DNA of 64,000 nucleotides from positions 167,028,001-167,092,000 of the forward strand of contig OZ024741.1 in NCBI GenBank assembly GCA_964016885.1, read 5' to 3'. This DNA is from Eledone cirrhosa. Its lineage: Eukaryota. Positions 56,653 to 64,000 of this stretch are shown here, piece by piece (position 1 is the stretch's first letter; each line of letters starts with the position of its first letter). Position numbers and translations under genes: made by a program. The notes under the pieces were generated by a model. It did no database searches. It worked only from the letters and a program-made list of their open reading frames with translations, and was not told the DNA's origin.

Positions 56653-57254
56653 ACTAAAACTGTTGTCAGAAGTAAGGCACGTGTCTTAAAGCACGTAAGA
56701 ATGAGCCCCAGTGGCCGAGGCACCACGTGGCATTAAAGCCACAAGTCGGTCTTTGACGGACTCGGTTGGACAGGACCTGCTCTCCTCTAGGCGGATGCGC
56801 GTAACCTTCCAGTAGCGTTTTATCCAACTGTTCGGGACTAGCCACGGGTCGGAGTGAGTGGTTAATTTTAGTTCTCCCTCGACGGCCTGCCGTGATTTTT
56901 GTTGAAAGACGCGAAATAATGTGCTTCCTTACCATCCTCTGGGGAAACGCTTTCTCCATTCTGTTCGCCGGGACCGTGGGGTGGCCAGCACGTGGGACCC
57001 CATTTTCTCATAATTCAGAGAGATGGGGAGGGCGAGAGAGATGGAGGCGATGACAGTGGGAGGTCGACTCTTCTGTGTTCGGACCTGATGTGCAACGTCA
57101 GTTGTCCCTCTTGATGTGTTCTCTCGCCCTCTCTCTAAAGTATCCTTAATAAAAACTGTAAACAACACTTCTCTTTTCTAAACAGATATTGTAAAAAGTG
57201 TAGATATTTGTTGGATAATTGCAACTGAGGTACAGGAGGCAAAGCGCGGTTATG

Positions 57255-57497
57255 CATGACGCAGATCGCTCAGTTTGGATGGTCTACCTGACAAGTTTTA
57301 CGACTATATGTTAGACATGGTTGGTGACATTTTGGCAGAGATCTACCGCAACTGGCAGCAGAACGGGAAAATTCCCAGTTTTGTGAGCCAGTGCGTGGGA
57401 GGGCTGTCCAGGAAAGACGCAAAAAAAAAAAGAGAGACGTAATGGATCATCTCCAGCCTATAACTGTTGAACAGAGAGTTTAAGATTTTTTCCAAGG
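57255..57497 (+). pseudogene. Tx1/L1-clade RT fragment related to 7672-10932
   Basis: LDGLPDKFYDYM..IYRNWQQNGKIPS aligns with LDGLPYEFYVAM..VYCNWQQNGRIPS. Confidence 0.75.
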
Positions 57498-57944
57498 CTA
57501 CAATTTGAAAATACGTGCCAACGTGTTCTTTGAAATAGCCGGTGCTGGCTTACCTCCTCTTCACTGAGAGTGGAGCTTCCTACTGTAATGGCGACTTCAA
57601 ACCAAGACGGTAGGCTCGTACTGACCTGTTCTGAAGAGGCTAATTCCTCGGTAATAAAGCTGCTTTTAGCCAATTACGTAATACTTAATAGCATTACCTA
57701 ATTTCTGTGCACGCCAGTTCCATATGGACTGTCACCAGCAGACCGAGTAGCAGAAACTAATGCATTACTCAAGGTCCAGAGAATCAAACTCTCTACCCAC
57801 ACTAAATCATTTTTCACACTATTTAACGTGTAAGTGTACACTCTGCTTTCATATTGGTTGGTATCTTAATGATACTGGCTTAATTAAAAGCATTGAGTCA
57901 GTGGGAAAACGATCGAATGTTTTTAGGTCCTATCCGATGACATC

Positions 57945-58512
57945 GTTTCAGTATCGGTAGTGCGTCAGACGCCATGCTTTGCAGCAGTTATGGCCCTTTA
58001 CATTATGAGTCCAAATCCCGCCGAGGTTGGCTTTGCCTTTCATCCTTACGGGGTCGATAAAATAAAGCACCAGTAACTCACTGGGGTCGATTTAATCGAC
58101 TTTCCCCTCCCCCAAAATTGCTGGCGTTTTGCCTATATAAGAAATCATTATTATTCAGACACCATTGGCAGTATCGGTAGAGGGTCGGACGCCATGCTTT
58201 CCAGCATAGTTACGTCTCTTTACGATCTGAGTTCAAATCCCGCCGAGGTTAACTTTGCCTTTCATCCTTACGGGGTCGATAAAATAAAGTACCAGTAATG
58301 TACTGGATAATTGCTGGCCTTGTGCCAAAAGTAGAAACAATTATTCAGACACCATGCTTTGCAGCGCAGAGTTATGGCCTTTTATGTTCTGAGTTCAAAT
58401 TCCGCCAAGGTTAGGTTTGCCTTTCATCCTTACCGGGTCGATAAAATAAAGCACCAGTAATGTACTGGGGTAATTACTGGCCTTGTGCCTAAAGTAGAAA
58501 CAATTATTATTT
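57945..58512 (+). mobile_element. Cluster of three SINEs, the middle one flanked by a 16-bp TSD
   Basis: ATTATTCAGACACCAT at 58150-58165 and 58340-58355. Confidence 0.88.
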
Positions 58513-58934
58513 CCATTATTATTTTTATTACACATCATTACTGCTTTACCGAGAACAGCTCTGTGCGCCTTGGGTATGAGCAGTATACTTTTTACTAGTG
58601 TTGTTTCTATTGTATTGGTATTACTTTTCGTAATATGTGTGCAGTGCTTAGTAGCGGTATTTTTTACATGTTATATATATATTTGTAAATCCTGGGGTTT
58701 TGGTTATGTATGTGATTTTTTTTTTATCATTCCCAGAGCCCCTATCATTATAGGCATTATTTCTGTTTTCTTTTCCCACATTCCAGTTATTTCTATACAT
58801 TCAAAATCTGCCGTGTGGGGAGAAACTAATATGAACGTAAAATTACCGTTAATATGGAATTCGCCTTCCGAATGATAAAACCCATGAAACTTAAAGTACT
58901 TTTGAAGGCATATGTCTTATTACCATGTATTAAA

Positions 58935-59047
<113 letters not shown>

Positions 59048-59182
59048 TGTGGGTATGTGTGCGTGGATAAAAGGTTACTTCTTAAGTCCAGCAAAAACAT
59101 TGTTCAATTTACTGTATACGATTTTGAAATAATGCTTCTTTAAATCCTTGGTAACGTTTCTTCAAATCACTTTACTCTAGAG

Positions 59183-60118
59183 CAAAGGTTCTCAACGGGG
59201 GGCATATACACCCCCGGGGGCGTTTCGGAACTCCAGAGGGGCGTTTGGGAGCAAGGTCGCATTAGGGGGGGGGGGCGTTTGGAGCTGGGGGATGGAGGTT
59301 AGGGGACGCTGGAAGGCTCTTTATTTTGGTAAGTTTTATAAGCCATATTTGTATGTCTTTGAGACAGCCAGTGTGAATGCATTTGAATGAGCTTGCAGAC
59401 AGCATAACTATAGTCTGACCGCAGCTGTGAGCAGGTGTGCAGGCATGTCTGGTAATTGAGACGTTAACCGGTAATTGAGATCCTAAAAATGGAAAAACCC
59501 ACAGTCAACTTGGTCAAAGACACTTTGAGCGCAGCCAGTTAGAATCTTATTTTTTCTTCACCGATAACAATGTATTTCATGTCTGAAATTATTGACTCAA
59601 CCGTAACGAGTTAACATTATGTAGATCTATTTTATTCTCTATTGTATAAATAATATTACAAATAAAAAAAAAAGAAAAGAAAAAACAGAAGCGAGTAGCC
59701 CACACATCTAGGACCACATACAACACATAATCAGATAATACACACATCTAGGACCACATACAACACATAATCAGATAATACACACATCTAGGACCACATA
59801 CAACACATAATCAGCTAATACACACATCTAGGACCACATACAACACATAATCAGATAATACACACATCTAGGACCACATACAACACATAATCAGATAATA
59901 CACACATCTAGGACCACATACAACTCATAATCAGATAATACACACATCTTTGGAATATTGTTAATCAATTTTTTAGTAATCTACTGATAAAAAAATCAGT
60001 AGTATATTGAAAAATGGAAAAATAGGGGGTGGGGGGGTAGGGGGGTAGGGGGGGGGGGCGTTTCGTGATTTCGAGGGACAAAAGGGGGCGTTTGGCCTAA
60101 ATGGGTTGAGAACCTGTG
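59183..60118. mobile_element. Non-autonomous hAT element
   Basis: TIR CAAAGGTTCTCAAC / GTTGAGAACCTGTG, exact 8-bp TSD CTCTAGAG, subterminal GGGGCGTTT repeats. Confidence 0.92.
59701..59949. repeat. 40-bp minisatellite x6.2 inside the hAT element
   Basis: CACACATCTAGGACCACATACAACACATAATCAGATAATA, near-identical units. Confidence 0.97.
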
Positions 60119-60120
60119 CT

Positions 60121-60750
60121 CTAGAGGGTCGGACACACTGCTTTGCAGCAAAGAGTTACGGCCCTTTATGGTCTGAGTTCAAATCCCGCCGTGGTTAACA
60201 TTGCCTTTCATCCTTTACGGGGTCGATAAAATAAAGTACCAGTAATGTACTGGGTTATTGCTGGCCTTGTGCCAAAAGTAGAAACAATTATTCCTATTGT
60301 CATAAAAGTACCAGTAATACACTGATATAATTACTGCCCTCATGCCAAAAGTTGAAACAATTATTGTGGATTGGCAGAGTCGGTAGATTATCAGACATCA
60401 TATTTTCCAACATAGAGTTATGGCCCTTTGTGTTCTAAGTTCAAATCCCGCCGAGGTTAGCTTAGTCATTCTTTCTTACGGGGTCGATAAAATAAAGCAC
60501 CAGTAACGTACTGGGGTCGATTTAATCGACTTTCCCTTCCCCTACCGCAAAATTGCTGGCCTTGTGCCTATAGTAAAAATCATTATCATTATTATGCTTT
60601 GCGGCATGGAGTTACAGCCATTTCCGTTCAGAGTTCAAATCCCACCGAGATTAGCTTTGCCTTTCATCCTTACGAGGTCGGTAAAATAAAGTACCAGTAA
60701 TGTATTGGGGTAATTGCTGGCCTTGTGCCAAACAGTTGAAACATCATTAC
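60121..60750 (+). mobile_element. Cluster of three SINEs plus a tail fragment
   Basis: Three GTTCAAATCCC..GTCG.TAAAATAAAG cores. Confidence 0.85.
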
Positions 60751-60799
60751 GAATAGCAATATAATATTCCCCATTGCCATTTCTCTAGCAATAACCATT

Positions 60800-61071
60800 A
60801 TTTTCTTCTCCTTCTCCTTCTTCTACTCCTTCTCCTTCTTCTTCTTCTTATTATTATTATTATTATTCTCCTTCTTCTTCTTCTTCTTCTTCTTCTTCTT
60901 CTTCTTCTTCTTCTTCTTCTTCTTCTCATTCTTCTTCTTCTTCTTCTTCTTCTTCTTCTTCTTCTTCTTCTTCTTCTTCTCCTTTTTCTTCAACTTCTTC
61001 TACTTCTCCATCTTCTTCTTCTTCTTCTTCTTCTTCTTCTTCTCCTTCTTCTTCTCCTTCTTCTTCTTCTT

Positions 61072-61102
<31 letters not shown>

Positions 61103-61407
61103 TCCTTCTTCTTCTTCTTCTTCTTCTTCTTATCCTTCTTCTTCTTCTTCTTCTCCTTCTTCTTCCTCTTTTTCTTCTCCTTCTTCTCCTTCTTCTTCTT
61201 CTTCTTCTTCTTCTTCTTCTTCTCCCTCTTCTTTTTCTTCTTCTTCTTCTTCTTCTTCTTCTTCTTCTTCTTCTTCTCCTTCTTCTTCTCCTTCTTCTTC
61301 TTCTTTTTCTCCTTCTTCTTCTCCTTCTCCTTCTTTTTCTTCTTCTTCTTCTCCTTCTTCTTCTTCTTCTTCTTCTTCTTCTTCTTCTTCTTCTCCTCCT
61401 CCTTCTT

Positions 61408-61438
<31 letters not shown>

Positions 61439-61482
61439 TCCTTCTCCTTCTTCTTCTTCTCCTTCTTCTTCTTCTTCTTCTT

Positions 61483-61513
<31 letters not shown>

Positions 61514-61944
61514 TCCTTCTCCTTCTTCTTCTTCTCCTTCTTCTTCCTCTTTTTCTTCTCCTTCTTCTCCTTCTTCTTCTCCTTCTTCTTCTTCTTCTTC
61601 TTCTTCTTCTTCTTCTTCTTCTCCCTCTTCTTTTTTTTCTTCTTCTTCTCCTTCTTCTTCTTCTTCTTCTTCTTCTTCTTCTTCTTCTTCTTCTTCTTCT
61701 TTTTCTTCTTCTTCCTCTTCTTCTTTTCCTTCTTCTCCTTCTTCTTCTTCTTCCTCTTCTTCCTCTCCTTCTTCTTCTCCTTTTTCTTCTTCTTCTTCTT
61801 CTTCTTCTTCTTCTTCTTTTCATTCTTCTTCTTCTTCTTCTTCTTCTTCTTCTTCTTCTTCTTTTCATTCTTCTTCTTCTTCTTCTTCTTCTTCTTCTTC
61901 TTCTTCTTCTTCTTCTGCTTCATCCCCTTCTTCTTCTTCTTCTT

Positions 61945-61975
<31 letters not shown>

Positions 61976-61982
61976 TTCTTCC

Positions 61983-62026
<44 letters not shown>

Positions 62027-62045
62027 TTCTTCTTCTTCTTCTTCA

Positions 62046-62076
<31 letters not shown>

Positions 62077-62244
62077 CTTCTTCTTCTTCTTCTTCCTCTT
62101 CAACTTCTTCTTCTCCTTCTTCTTCTTCCTCTTCTTCCTCTCCTTCTTCTCTTTCTTCTTCTTCTTCTTCTTCTTCTTCTTCTTCTTCTTCTTCTTCTTC
62201 TTCACCTCCTTCTCCTTCTTCTTCTTCTTCGTCTTCTTCTTCTT

Positions 62245-62275
<31 letters not shown>

Positions 62276-62710
62276 TCCTTCTCCTTCTTCTTCTTCTCCT
62301 TCTTCTTCTCCTTCTTCTTCTTCTTCAACTTCTTCTTCTCCCTCTTCTTCTTCTTCTTCTTCTTCTTCTTCTTCTTCTCCTTCTTCTTCTTCTTCTTCTT
62401 CTTCTTCTCCTCCTCCTTCTCCTTCTTCTTCTTCTTCTTATCCTTCTTCTTCTTCTCCTTCTTCTTCTTCTTCTTCTTCTTCTTCAACTTCTTCTTCTTC
62501 TTCTTATCCTTCTCCTTCTTCTTCTTCTTCTTCTTCTTCTTCTTCTCCCCCTCCTTCTTCTTCTTCTTCTTCTTCTTCTTCTTCTTCTTTTTCTTCTCCT
62601 TCTCCTTCTTCTTCTTCTTCTTCTTATCCTTCTCCTTCTTCTTCTTCTTCTTCTTCTTCTTCTTCTTCTTCTCCCCTCCTTCTTCTTCTTCTTCTCCCCT
62701 CCTTCTTCTT

Positions 62711-62741
<31 letters not shown>

Positions 62742-62772
62742 TCCTTCTCCTTCTTCTTCTTCTCCTTCTTCA

Positions 62773-62803
<31 letters not shown>

Positions 62804-62958
62804 CTTCTTCTTCTTCTTCTTCTTCTTCTTCTTTTTCTTCTCCTTCTCCTTCTTCTTCTTCTTCTTCTTATCCTTCTCCTTCTTCTTCTTCTTCTTCTTC
62901 TTCTTCTTCTTCTCCCCCTCCTTCTTCTTCTTCTTCTCCCCTCCTTCTTCTTCTTCTT

Positions 62959-62989
<31 letters not shown>

Positions 62990-63020
62990 TCCTTCTCCTT
63001 CTTCTTCTTCTCCTTCTTCA

Positions 63021-63082
<62 letters not shown>

Positions 63083-63215
63083 TCCTTCTCCTTCTTCTTC
63101 TTCTTCTTCTTCTCCCCCTCCTTCTTCTTCTTCTTCTTCTTCTTCTTCTTCTTCTTCTTTTTCTTCTCCTTCTCCTTCTTCTTCTTCTTCTTCTTCTTCT
63201 TCTTCTCCTTCTTCA
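60800..63215. repeat. 2.4-kb (CTT)n/(GAA)n tract
   Basis: Direct; source of the poly-K/R ORFs. Confidence 0.97.
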
Positions 63216-63356
63216 CCATCACCACCATCAGCAACAACAACATCAGTTATGTTGTTCTTATTGCTTACTCAACTTGCATGCATCACCTTTACTCATTGCT
63301 TGTTAATCTTCTCACTCACTCCTTGCCTAACCCATACAATCACAGCATGCTCTCTT

Positions 63357-63428
<72 letters not shown>

Positions 63429-63546
63429 GTATATATATATATATATATATATATACATACATGTGTGTATATATATATATATGTGTGTGCGTATATATAT
63501 ATATATGCATGCATATAATATATATATGATATAATATAATATATAT

Positions 63547-63719
<173 letters not shown>

Positions 63720-63958
63720 AAGGTATCGATTCCTCACAAGTATAATCTGTACACTATAAATAATTAAACTTTGTGTAAACGAATCCGATGAATTGTATAA
63801 ATGCAAATGCACAGACCACTTAAATAATACTAGAAAACTAAGATGAAGAAATTTAAGACATTTTACTTCTCTTACGCATTTTTCAACTAAAAAGATGTAA
63901 AAACGAAATTGTAAAAGACTACCTCAAGCTCAGGTGTTAATACATCTAAAGTCTAAAG

Positions 63959-64000
63959 CAGTCATGGGCAACCTGCTGCCCGCGAAGCTTTCTGAATGGC
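63959..64000. mobile_element. Possible left end of a hAT element
   Basis: CAGTCATGGGCAACC..GCCCGCG resembles hAT MITE termini; partner end would lie outside the window. Confidence 0.35.

Noticed and set aside
57458-57673. Possible host exon on the minus strand ending at AG/GTAAG (~57553)
   Set aside because: No convincing acceptor, no recognisable protein, no partner exons
59701-59949. CRISPR-like regular repeats (also 23215-23705 and 43726-44030)
   Set aside because: Head-to-tail units with no unique spacers, no cas genes, eukaryotic context
60990-63243. Poly-Lys/Arg ORFs of up to 495 aa
   Set aside because: Translation of (GAA)n; no complexity or gene structure

Overview
AT-rich, microsatellite-saturated eukaryotic non-genic DNA, most likely from a cephalopod (octopus). 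That assignment is recalled from the SINE sequences and simple-repeat load, not from a search. No host gene could be supported, and most ORFs in the track are artefacts of (TA)n/(TG)n/(GA)n/(GGT)n/(CTT)n runs. The real coding remnants are all decayed transposons: a Tx1/L1-clade LINE in a GATA/GA run, an RTE LINE ending in three C2H2 fingers, an R4/Dong-type LINE in (TATG)n, a 5'-inverted LINE 3' fragment, three Rep/PIF1 Helitron remnants and an internally deleted mariner. Non-coding elements include a 900-bp Helitron whose empty site is also in the window, hAT and Tc1/pogo MITEs, and many SINEs. The most striking signal is a set of about five unrelated small non-coding repeat families sitting in or beside (TA)n runs. 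They occur as fold-back hairpins, partial tandems or circular permutations, and carry type-I hammerhead ribozyme motifs (best at 46405-46465, 39586-39628, 14174-14243 and 17018-17053). This looks like a retrozyme-like / Penelope pLTR-derived system of self-cleaving non-autonomous retroelements.
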